From Chlorokybus atmophyticus (taxonomy: Eukaryota; Plantae; Mesostigma and Chlorokybus algae), in assembly GCA_009103225.1 (NCBI GenBank), contig RHPI01002119.1, positions 439,723-489,303 of the forward strand: DNA of 49,581 bases, written 5' to 3'. Positions 24,008 to 37,637 of the stretch are shown here, piece by piece. The notes beneath the pieces are model-generated. The model was not told the DNA's origin, did not search any database, and was given only the letters and a program-made list of their open reading frames with translations. Position 1 is the stretch's first letter, and every line of letters starts with the position of its first letter. Made by a program: the position numbers and the translations under genes.

Positions 24008-25485
24008 GGCCGTCAAGACATGTGTAGAGTGTTCTCTGCTAGCTAGTGTTGGATTGAGCAGTAGTTGCATGGTACGACATGCCCATCAATTTTGTGCGCG
24101 GTGTGCACCAAAATGCAACAGTAGTTGTTATGAGCGGTTGTCGTCCAGAGTGGGCTGTACATGTCTGTGCTGCCCTAGCAGTTGTGGTGCAATGACAAGC
24201 ATAGAATACTGCTGACCTGTAGCTCTTCACAGCAATCGTTCGCCATTATGCGCATTGCGATACATTGCTTGTCTGTGCGTATGTATCATGCACTGAGCCA
24301 TGCATGCCAATCACATTGCCTCTTCAACTTGTGCTGCACAAGCCAAGCACAACAGCCCAATCACTATGTCTTAAGGGTATTGTGAGAGAGGGGTCAGGAG
24401 TAGCAAGCATAATAATATCGACACCACAATCGAAAAGAGATAGACCTACCAGACAACACACGTACACTTCAACCAGCCAAGCTCTAGCTAGGCTCAGCTA
24501 GACCAGGAGGGCTGGAGTTTATGCGCGTGCAAGTGCGAGTGCAAGGCAGGCTGAAAGTAGCAGGTTGTGTCTACAGCGTAGGAGAGAGGAGTAGAGGTGA
24601 GTAGTGCAGCAAAGGCAGCTGTTGACAACAGCAGACAGACGACGATTCTGACGACCAGAATCCACCCCTGCCGTCTGTGCAGGCGCTTAAATACACTCAT
24701 ATGCAAGGTTGCATCGCAATTGTTCATGTACATACATGTGCATGAGAAACATATGCGTGTCACCATATGACACCGCCTATCTTGCACTCTCCATCTACCA
24801 ATCTGTTAACGCGCGACAGCATAACCACGATAGCAACTTGACTCCCCCCCCCCTTCCCCGCCCTCCCCTTCCCCTACTTCCACTTGCCCAAAAGCACTTG
24901 CGGCACCCCATCCCACCCCCGCGCCATTCCCCTACCGGCACCCCTCACTGAAGGCAGGGCAATGCGACAGTCTAAGGCAGGCAGCTCAAGTGCTGTCCCG
25001 TGCCACGCGTCTCTCAGCTCTACTTCGCTCGAGTGAATCTCCCCTGACCTGTTGCGTACCCCTCTCACGTCACGTGTTTTGTGTGTCCGAAACGGGGCTT
25101 CGCGTCTCTCTCGCCTCGCAGGCGAAGTCAGCGCCCTGCCGGCCCGGACGGGCGGGCGGGCGCCAGCATCAACAAGGGGCGGAGAGAGAGGTGAGGCTTG
25201 CTGGGGCAAGTTAGGGTTTTGGACAACGTGTCGGCTGGCTGAGGCGAGGCGGCGGTGGGGCGGGCGGAGTTGAGGGCGGAGGGGCGCGGAGCGTGGGGCA
25301 CGGAGGGGGCTGGGATGAATTGCCGTTGCCGGGGAAAGGTGGTAAGGCCACGGAGGAGGGGAGATTTGTGTGTAACGGCTGCTTCACCTCATCCCTGCAG
25401 CCAAGGGCAGAAAACCTAGTTTGGGTTGAGCAAAGCGCAGAGGGTGGCCTTAGAAGGCTTAAAGAGGGCCCTTGTTGGGATCAGG

Positions 25486-28400
25486 ATGGAGATCCATCGG
25501 CGGCGTCTGGTGCGGATGCCCGCCCTCAAGTCCACCAGGCGCTGCGAGTCGGTGCCTCTGGAGGAGCCAGACGATAGGGTTTTCAGGTGCAATACACGAA
25601 CAGTGCCTATTGTCCAGCTGATGTGGTGGGAGAAGTTGTAATATTTCTGGCATGTCACTTTGAGTTGCTTGAAGAAGCGTATGGAGGAAAAGCTCTACTG
25701 AAACAGATCTCGAGTTAGGGTTGTTTGAATTCACGTCACGGGGTGTATACCCAGCTGGACAATCGCTGCCACACTGCGTGAAATTGCTTGCAGAGTCCGT
25801 GTACAACTTGAGGTCGTGTACTGGCTATGCGAATGCTGCTTGAGGACTATTCACACAAGAGGATACTGACAGCATACGTACTCAAGGGCTTGTTTCACTT
25901 CAGTAACACTATCTGCAGGTTGACGCATAGGTGTACAAAGCTACTTGTTTTGCTGTGCATATGTAAGCATCAACTGCCGTTGCGTAATATTCTCCACACA
26001 GCTAGGCCTTCTCATGAACATGCGGTGGCCACAGCACTAGTTGCCAGTTGTGCACAGAAGTTTGAACTGCAAGCAAGTCATCGTTACTTAATTCTTCTCC
26101 TGCATACTGTAATGCGCATTGCAGTGACGACGATAGACCAAGCTCCAACTTGCGCGCGAGCACTTCCGGTTCAGATGAGCGTTACTGCACTCCGGCAGAT
26201 GCCTCGCTGCTTGCACTCATCCCTCATGGTAAGGCCTTCAGTGGTCTTCAGTTGCAATCCCGTCATTGTAACTTGTACAATTGGTGAGTCTAACAATAGA
26301 GCATAATAAACGCACCATCGCCACTACCAATCACTGTGTTATCAGCTACAAGATTGGTTAGTCACCGCCAATTTGATTACCTACAGTACTATCTGGGCTG
26401 CTGCTGCTACCGGCACAAATGTTACAAGCCTGTATGATGCACGTACCAAAAAGCATTTAACGCACAGGGCATGGCCTGGACATGGATCCTGGAGGCAGGG
26501 TGACCCCGGCCGAGGAGCAGGACTGGTCGCTGGCGAAGCGCGAGCGCAAAAAGCTGATGAATATCCTCAATGCCGTGCGACGTGACGCTCGCGAGGGCAA
26601 GAATGTGCTGTGGCAGGTTTGTGTGTTGTTTAACTTGATGGCCACGGTCAGCCAGCAGAGCGATGCTGAGCATGGCTGCTGTCCATGTGCATCCACTCAT
26701 TGGCAATTCCTTTGCAGCAATCTCCAGAAGCATACATGCACCATGACCGCCATTTGGCAGACACTCAACACGAGGTATCGCTTGTTCATGTTAAACTAAT
26801 GTCTACTAAGCATGATATTCTGCAATTGTTCGAGCGTTTACTTAACGTTGTTAGCTGGTACTCATCACTATATGTAAGCAGTGGAACGATGCGAAAAGGG
26901 ATATGCACAGAAAAGAAGGATTGCTCGAGCGGCTGCAAGTAGAGCTCCAGGTTGGATGCATTGCGTTGTGATGTGTCATTGTGAAGCGTGGTTCCTGAGT
27001 CCTTGTTGTTTCAAACTCTACTGCTGTGTTTCATAGACGCTTCGACACCAGACAGACTTCACGCCAGAGGCCATGGAGAGGATACCTGTGACGACTGAGG
27101 CAATTGAGCAGTGGCATGCGCAACACGAGGTACACAACGGTTTTGTAGTGTTAGTTTTGTAGTTGCAAAGTTGCCATTGATTGATGAGTGCTTCAAGTCC
27201 GCAGTGCACTTGCTAATAACGGCTGCATGCGACTGATGCATGAGATTTTGTGACTACCACTACAGGAGGAGCGAAGCAAAGCAAAGCAGTTGGAGCACGT
27301 GCATGTGCGTACTATGGCTGCAAACGCCCGATGCAAAGCGGTACGCATGAGTCGATGCATGCCTTAGCCAAGCTTTTGTCGTTGCGAACAACAAAGGAAT
27401 AGCCCCTTTGACAACAACTGTTCTCGTATAGGTGGTTGAGCAAAGGAGAGAAGCTTGCGAGCTCTGTCTGGCAGACATTCAGACTCTCATCCTGCATCAA
27501 AAGGTGGCGTGAAACAGGTCTTGCTGCACAACCAGGCCTATGAACCCAATGTCGTGTGTGATGAAGCTTTCCTCTTAACGAACCGCAGGATGTGGTCACG
27601 GCAAAGCAAGAAGCAGAAGCACAATTAGCCAGACAAAAGGTGCCAAACCTTGATGCAGGATACAAGAGCTATGTGTTGTGTTGTGGAACACATATGAACA
27701 ATGTAGCGAGTACTTGAGCTCACTCCATGTCGTTCCAGGCTGAGTGTGACATCGATCACAAGTTTCGGGAGTCAAGGCTCTCAGAGCGCAGGAGAGAGGC
27801 TGCAGCGGTGGTTGAAGCACGCAGACTGTACGTATACATGCAATGCAATTACATATGATGTTGGTCGAACAATGCTGATGAATTGCGCTTCATGCAGAGC
27901 CGCGGAGGAGGCGGACCGGCAGCAGTTTGCCAGGCTGCAAGAGTTGCACAGGAAAAGCTCAGTGGCGTTGTTTACATCATCAATGGTAGTGTGTGATGCA
28001 ACACATTCAAGGTGTTGTTTGCAACACAATGCTGCGTATGTCGCTGCCCATCTGACGGTGCATTGGCTTGGGTGCGCAGCATTTGACCGGTGCAATGCAG
28101 CGAGCAGTCATTGAGACTCGCATCCAAACTGTCGCCAAATCTTTTGAAAAGCTCAAGAAGTATACCAATGGCAGCGAGGAATCGGATGACATCATTAGAG
28201 CGTTGAGCGACCTCAGAGCGAGGGGGAAAGAGGTACATGCACACACCAACCATGTACAGTTGAACGCTGCATGGCCTGATTGACCAGTGTTGACTGGAAG
28301 CTGTTGTATTCAGTTGCAAGAGCATTTGCAAGCTTTGCGGCAGAAGGAAGTCTCCCACCGGCAGTATGTGGTTCAGTTGAGGGAAGAGATGCAGAAGGCT

Positions 28401-29944
28401 GCAGTTGACGGCAGGCGTGCGCGGTATGTGCACATACATGTGTGCGTGGTTGTGCTTCAACCTGGCTTGCGCAGCTGAACCGCTCTGCTTGTAATTACCA
28501 GGCAAGGGTCCTTGAAAGAGCAAGACCAGTATGACAGAGCCATGCGGAAGCTTCAGGACATGAAACAGAGATGTGAAGCGACCTGGAGGCTGCTTGCAGC
28601 GGTTCAAAACGGGGTGCAGGTATGGCAGCAACAGCAGTCAAAGCAACCATTTACATTGGTGGCCATCTGCGCATGCATGGCTGTGGGCGCCTGTCATATG
28701 CAGCAGAGTAATAACGCACAAATGCAAAGGATTAATGTGCAAGCAGTCAGGATGCTCAGCTATAACACTGTATGAAGCAACCAAGTTTCTGGTTTGAACA
28801 CAAAGATCCTTTGTATCTAAACAGCAACTGGACTATCCTTGTTGCAGGGCCTGTCAGCAAGAGTTCAAGCGCTTGATCCCCATGATATACTTAGAGCGGC
28901 AAGTAATGGCGAGGATGATAGCACTGAAGATCCTTCCAGGTCCGCTTCTCAACTCTCATGTCACCACAACTCCACAACTTATGCAACTTGTGCATAGCAA
29001 CTTACTGTACAGCATTGCTTTCGTGTAGGGATGCCCTCCTATCGATTCCAATTCTGGCGCAAGCACCAATGGAAGACAGCTCCCTGTCGATGCTGGCAAC
29101 GGTTCTGCCCGAAGTGCTGTACAAGCTAAGCGACAAGCTCGTGAGAATGCTTCATGCCGCAGAAGATGAAGCTCGTTACGGCAACACGCACGCCGGCACA
29201 CAAAAGCGCACGTTCTCCACATCCCAACGCAAGCAACTAGTGACCGGCCCCAGCCAGCGCGAACTCAGTACCCAGCGTAAAGCAAGTGCAAGGTGATTGG
29301 AACACTTGGCCGTTGCCACTCGTTCTTTGTTGTGTGGACAAAGCTACTGCTGTGAAATGACTCTGTTGTCATCGCTGGAGGAAGAAACTTAACATGGCAC
29401 TTGCAGGAGTGCGCTTGGGCAAGCATCGCAAAGTCGCACATCGTTGGAGGAGTTGCTGCAGCAAGCCAAGGGACCCGGCTTGGGTGGCAGCTTTTCAAAG
29501 CCTGGAAAGGAGTCTGCAGGGTCATCTGGTCCAGGCTCTCCCTTCAGTGGTAAGCAAAACCATCCCAGAAACTTTCTGAAACATGTGGGTCCATCTCTCC
29601 ACTCTTTTTCATCTGTCACTCAGAAAGGTTGGCCGACGTGCACGTCCAGAGCCACAGTGCGTAGACTGACTTGGCCTGCTTAATGTGGCGCAGGTGATGG
29701 TGCACTGTCACCGCTTGATGAATACGAGTCCCGCAGCGAGAGCGACAGCAGCGATGAAGGGAGCACAGGGCGAGCGCAGACGCCGGTGCTGACCAGGCGC
29801 GACCTCAAGCGCGTGGCCCACTCCTCGGCATCCTTCAAAACGCCGTCATTCAAAGCAACGCCGCCCCACTCGCTGGGGTCCTCGTCATCAAGCCTTCGCT
29901 TACAACTTGATGCTGCCAGGGACGCTGTGGTGCCTGCTGGATAG
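25486..29944 (+). CDS. Multi-exon coiled-coil protein of unknown identity (possibly outer dynein arm docking-complex-like)
   Basis: Many short AG...GT-bounded exons encode E/K/R/Q/L-rich helices (WSLAKRERKKLMNILNAVRRDAREG; RIQTVAKSFEKLKKY; DRAMRKLQDMKQRCE). An acidic C-terminus contains VLTRRDLKR. The coding status is reasonably supported; the identity and exact start are not. Confidence 0.55.
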
Positions 29945-31524
29945 AAGGATGGCCGTTTGCAGACTGCTGCTGCTTAAACATGCTTCTAACTGGCGCAGGG
30001 TCTGTGTTGGTTTACTATGTTACCCAGCATTGCACGCTGTCACTCTCACTGTCACCATATATGGGCTCAGTGTTGTTAGCAAGGACATTACCGCAAGCAT
30101 ACCGGGTGCCATTGCAAGTACTGATAGGCCAGAATGACGACCCATATGATGCAAGGTTTGCTCCATTGCTTGTGTCTCATGCCATGTCTCATGTAACGTG
30201 CACACATACGGACAATGAGTTAAGGAGAAGAAGCCGGCTCGTCAAGTACCAATCAGAGGGCTATGCTATGAAAGGACTGTGTTTACTCACCACGGGGTCC
30301 TTATTGTGTTGCACATAATGCAACGCCATAGCTGTTGAGCAGGGATGACTGCGCACTGGTCAATAACACCATCAACGGCATACGAGTCTCCAAACACGCT
30401 TCACATATTGTAGAAGTTGCCTGCAACACCATCTGAGGCACACTTGGCAGCCCATTGCATTGCTTTGATGCACCCACTGCAATGTGGTCCCCATGGCAGT
30501 TGCACGCAACATTATGGTACTGTTTTTAACCATGCTGCTTGCTTGCAGTGTCACAGGCACTCGCGCAACTCGTACAACCTTACAGTTGTGCTCCGCGCAA
30601 CTGCGGCGAGCACCGTGCACTGGTTCGGTGCCATCTGCCCAACAAACCAAATCAAGCACTTTTCTTCCCAAACTTTACATGACGCACCATTTGCACTTAG
30701 CCCCCAGAGCCACTCGCAGAGATGGGTTGACATGCTAGAGCAGGAGAAATTGTCAGTGTTGATGTAAGAGATTTGTTGCGCCCCTCGCGTGCTGATACTT
30801 TGGGCGCGTGGTGTGATGGTGCTGGCGGTGGTGGTAATTGTGCTGTTGCTGTACTTGGTGTGGTGATAGTCGCTGACTTTGTTACTGCTGCTAGATATTC
30901 TTGCCTGAGTTGGCGCTTATGGTCGTTTTTTGGGGCCAAAGGTTGTTGCAGCAACAGTCTTGGCTTTGAGTTTGCTCATTGTTGGCTTGATGTCGCTTCG
31001 GCGATTGGTGCTTGATGGGAACAATATCTGTCCATCAATGCGCCGGCAATAATGCCTGCAGAAGGAGGTTGAGCTTGCATGAGGTGTGTGCATGCACAGC
31101 TAGAGCAATAGTGGTCACCATCATGGAATGATTGTTCACTCAAATGTCCGTGCACTACCAAATATCGTCCCCACCAAAGCCTTTGAGTGAGGCGCTGCCC
31201 GGCGCTGTGCCAGAACAGCATCCTGAAGAAGGCTTGCCTACTTGAGGCGCTGGGCAAGACTTTGTAGGGATGCTAAACTGGCCAGCATTGGGCGGTGACT
31301 CACTCGGGGCTTTGATAAGGACAACATCTGACAATGCATGGACAATCTATCGAATGAACAACCAAGCCATGGTCGTGTTAGAACGCAGGCTGAAATCCAA
31401 CAGATGCGACAACAATCTACCTGGTGCCCACCATTGAGCTGCAGCATCATGATACATGTCATATTCGGGGGCATATGACTGCCGCGTTGGCCGGCACGGC
31501 AACACAAGCCTTTCTCAAGGGCAG

Positions 31525-34500
31525 TCATATGCTGGTCAACGCCACGGGCCGGTCTTGATAAAACAGCTGAACTGCTCCTTGTTTAGTCCATTCCAGCCGG
31601 AAGCGCAGCGCGTAGATGGTGCGCGAAGCAGATGGCGAGGCTTCAATACGGTCCGTTAACTGCACTGGCACAGATCTCTGCAACAGAGAAAATAACATGC
31701 TTAGCGCGCTTAGCACGCACACACAGGCATTCTTTGACCATACAACAGCAGGACTTTAGCAGCGCACCTGAAACGGGACTGAAATGGGGCCTCGAGTAAA
31801 CATGCGCCAGCCCGCAGACAGCTGCCACAAGTGCAGATGCCTGTCGGTTGTGTAAGCCACAAGCGACTCACCATCAGGCGCAAACAGCAGCGCTGCCACA
31901 GTGTCGCCCACTTCCTTGCTGCCGGTATCAGTCTCTTGTTGTAGAATGCGAATGTGCATTGAGCTGCGAGCAAGATAGGCCTTGTTATATCAATACAACA
32001 ACCCAACATACAATGCAAGAAGCATGGCAGCTTACCTCTGCAAGTCATAGACATGCACGGGTGATACGGAAATCGCGTCTCCCACCGCCAAGCGCATGCT
32101 GCCTTTATGAAGGGCCAGCATCGGAAACTTGGCAACCATCTGGTAGATGAGAGCAGTGGCAGTCTGCAAGCACGTTCGCCGCAACACTTGCATGGATGGA
32201 TCCAAAGTCTGCAGCACAATCAGCTGTCAGCGCCCCTTACGGGGATACACAAGTGCTTGTTTTGCGTATATGTATACACTTGTGGAGGAACATTTGCTCA
32301 AGCCGCAATGAATTGCATGCTTGTTTAGCGCAATGGCTGGCAAGCACAGTGTCACACATACCCTCATCACGGTGGCGACAAGTGTTGGGAGGTGAGGCAC
32401 AATGACGGCAGGGTTGCCCTGAGTGAGGCGAAACATGGTCATCAGAGCATTGGTGTGCACGGCAGAGTCCGACGGTGCCGTCTCAAGCTGCAATCGCACG
32501 GCTGCCAAATACGTCGGCACGTCCGCTGCCGCCATAGCTTCCAGCAGCGTCGCTAAACTCTCGCGCCGAACCTGAAAACACACAACACCCTCACTCAGTG
32601 ATGTAATCACACAATCTCATGGTGACCTATGCCAACACATGTATGTGGTTAAGTCATGTATGATACACAAGTACATGCAAAAATAGAATGACCAATGCGC
32701 ACGTCAAATCCTACCATGGCACGTGTGGGGTCGATGAGCATGTCGCCGCCACCATCCGCAATGGCTCCACGGGCGCCTCCAAGGTGTTCCACCATGGCGG
32801 ACACTTCCAGCATCAGGCCGGACAGGTCTTTGATGAGCGGCTGCCAGGTGGTATCCATGCCTTCCGCAAGGATGTCGGCGGCGGCCGCGCTGTGCAATCC
32901 CTGTGACTGCCCGCTCCGCATCAGTCGCAGCAGCAGCGGCAGCACCAACGCGGGCACCTCGCGCTGAACCGTACTTGACTGATGGACAGCTGCAACACGC
33001 GACAAGTGTAACATAAGCCAACAACAACACAGATGCGATGTTACATCGTGCCAAGCACACCGACCGGCGAACACATGCACACGCAGCCTCACACGCGCGT
33101 GCATGCTCGTGCCCATGTGCGTGTGCACACATGCACAAGCGCACGTGCACACCTGCGCACACACGCTCACATCCGCAAGGACATACACATACACATACCG
33201 GCAGCGGCTGCAACAATGACTCTCAATGCAGACTCCTTCATGTCAGTTGGATGGGCATCCGCCCAATCAGGCTGGCCGTGCGGCCACTCCAGCCACAAGA
33301 GGAAGTCCGTAAGCTTCCCGCTGACTAACTGTGATGGCAGCGAGTGCGCTGCGGCCGCTCTGAAGAGGGCTCGCGCGGCCTCCCGTAATGGCTGGCAAGG
33401 GTGCTGCCACGAAGACGCATACACTTCCAGCCATGGCGGGGCCATATCAGGTAAGTCTGCGAGCAGACCAACGGCATAGTACGCCACCAGCGCACTGCAA
33501 GCATTGCACGCGGCCTCCGACAAACTCATCATCCGCTTCGCCAACGCAACAATGGCTAGCGTATGCTGCGCAGTAAACTCGCCAGAGTCCCGCCAAAGCT
33601 GCGCAAATTCAAACTCGGTGTGCGCAAGTTCAACATCACTGAATCGATACATACAGCGTGCACAGTACCAACCTGAGTTGTGTTAGTTTCACAAGGAAGC
33701 AAGAAAGTCATGGCGCCGTCATCGCCGATCAATCCGCTTGTGACGCTGCTTGGTTGGATTAAATGCACGTCACGTTGGAGGCGTTCATCCAAGGTGGGCG
33801 ACAGCCCCCACACGTGCAGCATGCTGAGCGCCATGCGCAGCGCTCGTCCTTCGGCGGAGTCGGCCTTACTGTTGTGCGAGTGTGGAGAGCTGACCGGCAC
33901 ATCCAAACTCGTACGCTTGATTGTGCTCGGGAGGAGCTTCTCTAAGGATGATCGCCGCTCTTGCGCAACCTTCGCCGACAACATGCCTGGCTCCAGCAGC
34001 AGCAGCACGTCGCAGATGACAGCTGCCAAGCCCGGCAACGGGCATAACCCTCTGATGGGCCTGGTCATGCCCGGCACGCCGACAACAGCTAGCGTGCCAT
34101 CAGTGCCACCTGTTGGGTAAAAAACAATGACGCCTGAGCAGCCATGCACTTGGCAGGAGATCACCGGTATGCAGGTGTGTGTGCGTTATGTACAATGCAA
34201 CGCAACACCAACCTTGGCTTGCTGGAGTGTCACCATCGGTTGCTGGGCTGAAAGGGCCCAACAGACCCCCTGCGCCTTGTCCACTGAGCGCTGCAGAGCT
34301 CGTTGAGCTGTGATCAGGCCTCTCAAAGCGCATCTGCACCCATCACATCAACCACCAGTTGGCGAACACAAGTCTCTCACTCTCGCCACGCAGTACCACA
34401 ATGAAGCTTACATCAGAAGAGACGCTCCCGCCAACAAACCCTCGGCCCGAGCTGCCACAGCGCCGTCTGAAGTGCGCGAACAACGACCGCGCGTCACCTC

Positions 34501-36731
34501 CATACACCACTCTATCGCGCACGCCGGAGTGCAAGTCCCATATGTACAGTGCAGCGTTGCTTCGCTGTGGCTCGCACATGCAAGCCAAGTAGCCCCGAAT
34601 GCTGTCCCACGAGCACATCTCCGGCGCGCTCGGGTGACCCGGCAGCAGCCTCTCGCACTGAAGCGTGCTCAAAGCTACCAACCCCACAGTTCCATCTGCA
34701 CACAAAAGACAGCCTCAGACACAGTAACAACTTGCAACCCACACACACAAGGCGTGTACCTTCGCCAATGGACATGAAACAAGTGGCCCACGGCTGATGT
34801 GTACCCGCGGGCGGCAGCAACAGCGACTTGACTGGCCCCGAGTGGTGCAAAAGTACTGCGAGTGCTTCACCCGCAGAGGTTGAGTCCCATACACGTACGC
34901 TCCAGTCAGCAGAACCCGACAGCAGCAAGCTTCTTTTGCCGACAGAGCGGTGCTCAGCGAGGCAGAGGACTGCGCGCGTGTGGCCAAGCAAGACCCAACT
35001 CCCCTCTCCCAACCTGCTGCTCCCAGTCATAAGGCTATACATGCCGATGAGACCGCTCGCATGACCTCGGGCCACCTTTGCCGGGGAGATGTTGTCCCCG
35101 CCAACGATCAAGCTGACAGTGACAGGATCATCATGCTCAGAAGCGGCTTGCCAGGCGCCTTTCAGATGTGGGACAAATGTGTCCACACCCTGCCAGTTGC
35201 TGTTGATGTTCCACACCATGAGTTGGTTGGTTGCTGTTGCGCTCGCAAGCCACTGCCCAGCTTGTGCAAGATGCAAAGGCTGTGATGTTGGGTTGCTGTA
35301 TGAAGTGCAGGTTGTGACCGAGGGAGAAGCCGGACCAGATAGGAGGTCCAAGTCGGTTGCAAATAGTTGGATGGACCCGTCAACGCCGCACAACACAAGT
35401 TCAAGTGTGGTTTCTAATGCTGAGGAGCGCAAAAACTGGCCTCTGACCCACAAACCAACATCACCGCGGTAGAGCATGTGCCCGTCTGCAGCGGACACAA
35501 CTTGCCAGGCTGATTCATCCAACACCAACACTAAACCTCTATCGGCCCACACGTCCACAACCGAGCCTGTGGTGGTGAGCGCTACCTGCCCTCGTGCGAT
35601 GTGCTGCAGGCCGTCACGCACGCTGTTGCTTGTCCATGTTAGCAGATGGCGATTGGTTGTGACTAGCATGATGCTGTTGGCTTTGCTGCATGACAGAGCA
35701 CACGGCCGTGCGGAGGGATGCTCGCTGGATGCCGAGTACGTGCTCACAACAACTGCCGATGCCACTTCAACAAGCAACACTATGATGCCTGTTGCCATGC
35801 TTTCCTCCTGTGCCCCAGTACTGCATAGCAAAGACACATGGAACAGTTAGAACAACCCAACTATACCACACCTTTTGTTGGTGTAACAACAACAACTGCT
35901 GAATGTGCTTGACCAGTGCTTACCATGCAATGCATATGTGGCGTGGTGTGGCGGGCATGAGGGCGGCCAGGAGAGGGGTGCCAAGGCTATTGGGTAGCCG
36001 CCGGCGCTTTCGGCAGCGGCCGCTGGCGCCTTCCCACACGCACAGCATGCCATTGCTGCCTCCGCTAACGACAGCACTGCCATTTGGGGAGAGATTGCCA
36101 ATGCTGCTGGGCAATGCTTCCTCACAGCCAATAAGCCATGCGATCGGCCCAAGGTGTCCGCAATGCACGGAAGTCGGGATGAGCTGTAAGAGGAGGAAGT
36201 CAACATCAACTAAGCTTTTCTTCTGATCCTACTGACTTACTGCCATGGCATGGCATTAAGTCCGCTCTCACACAACCAAGCTGAACGTGGGTGAGTTAAT
36301 TGGAGGTATGCCACTTCGCTCAGCTAACAATCAAGCGACACTAGCAACCTGCAGCGTGCATGCACTGAATCTACTCACAAACAGTCTGCATGCATACCAC
36401 ATGCTCTGTGCAAGTGATGCCCATACACTGTGTGGTCATCACTTGCACAGAGCATGCAATGTGTGCTGAGCCAAACTTAACCCGGTCTAACTGCGCCTTT
36501 GTATACACAGCTTACCTCATCACGTACGCGCTGCCAGCGCACGACCCTGCCGTCGTCTCCTCCCGTCCAGAGCGACAGCGAGGGCGTGAGCAACGTGGCT
36601 AGGCATGTGACGGGCAGAAGCGGCAGCGGTGGAGGCGCATGAGCCGCCTCGTCCTTGTCGTCGCCGCCCTCTACCCCCTGCGCCTTCTGCACCGTTTTCG
36701 TCCATACGGCGCAGGACACCGCGCAACTCAT
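31525..36731 (-). CDS. Large WD40-repeat protein, WDR7/rabconnectin-3beta-like (plant At4g11270-type), multi-exon
   Basis: N-terminus MSCAVSCAVW...LWTGGDDGRVVRW; GMLCVWEGASGRCRKRRRLP; GHTRAVLCL...LLSGSADWSVRVWD; C-terminal LDPSMQVLRRTCLQ...KFPMLAL...LAVGD and FAPDGESLVAY. Confidence 0.82.
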
Positions 36732-36935
36732 CCCGCATGGCTCCCCTCCTGTCCCTGCACCTCCGTTCTCTCCCCCTCCTCCTCGAGGCCCTGCACCGCC
36801 GCCGGCGCCGCTGCTGCTGCGCCCGCCTTCGCGGTGGAGCAAACTTGTCCCAAAAGCAGCCGTCCTAAAACCAGTTAGCAGCTTTGGGACTCGAACTGCA
36901 ACCAAGTTGGTTAAATGGGAACGGACTGCAGGGCC

Positions 36936-36960
36936 TGCAGTGCAGTGCAGTGCAGTGCAG
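36936..36960. repeat. (TGCAG)5 upstream of the WD40 gene
   Basis: Read directly. Confidence 0.9.
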
Positions 36961-37637
36961 GTCAAGTTTTCCTTGCATAAGGCGAAAACCATGCAATGTG
37001 GCGATGTGGCCTACAACGGCAAAGCAAACACTTCAAGGTGTACTTTGAGTGAATTGCACTTCCGCTATGCAAAAAGTGGAAATCTCGTTGGCTTGCCTTG
37101 TCTGGTTTCGTTGTGTATGCGTGAGCAGGCGTCACTCATCAAAGCCCTCAGAGAGCGGCCAGCCTAAACAGAGAGAGACAGCAGACCAGAGCCTGTAACT
37201 CGAAACGTGCTTGCCATTTATCAGTGTGTCTGTATAATAACGTTCAAGTACAGATGATGGTTGTGCACTCGTGTAACTCAGCATGCTCATGCGAAGTCAC
37301 ACACTGCGTGTTTGCAATAAGCAAAAATGAGAGCAGCCCCAATCCGCAGGGTATGCTCGCCATTGCCTACTACGATTGTGCGTTGACAATGAGGCTAGAC
37401 AGGACGCTACTGCTGCTTGCCTGCATGCCCACACAACAGCAATGCCAATGGGGTGGGCAAGCAACATAACGCGCACAGCAAGACCAACAGTAACCAACAG
37501 TGATTGAGCAACAAGATGTCACGGTGGAGTGACTGCATTGCACCCATGTGCCTGAATTGATGGCCAACTGGTCATGAAAGATGACCTGAAACATTGCTTG
37601 AACATAATAGCGATAGCGCAAGGCAGTAAAGCAGCTA

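Noticed and set aside
25210-25220. AACCCTAAC as a telomerase RNA template
   Set aside because: No USE/TATA Pol III promoter or pseudoknot was recognisable; a telo-box is the simpler explanation.
30000-31520. Splice-like signals and short ORFs between the coiled-coil and WD40 stop codons
   Set aside because: No consistent frame or recognisable motif could be assembled; more likely overlapping 3'UTRs.
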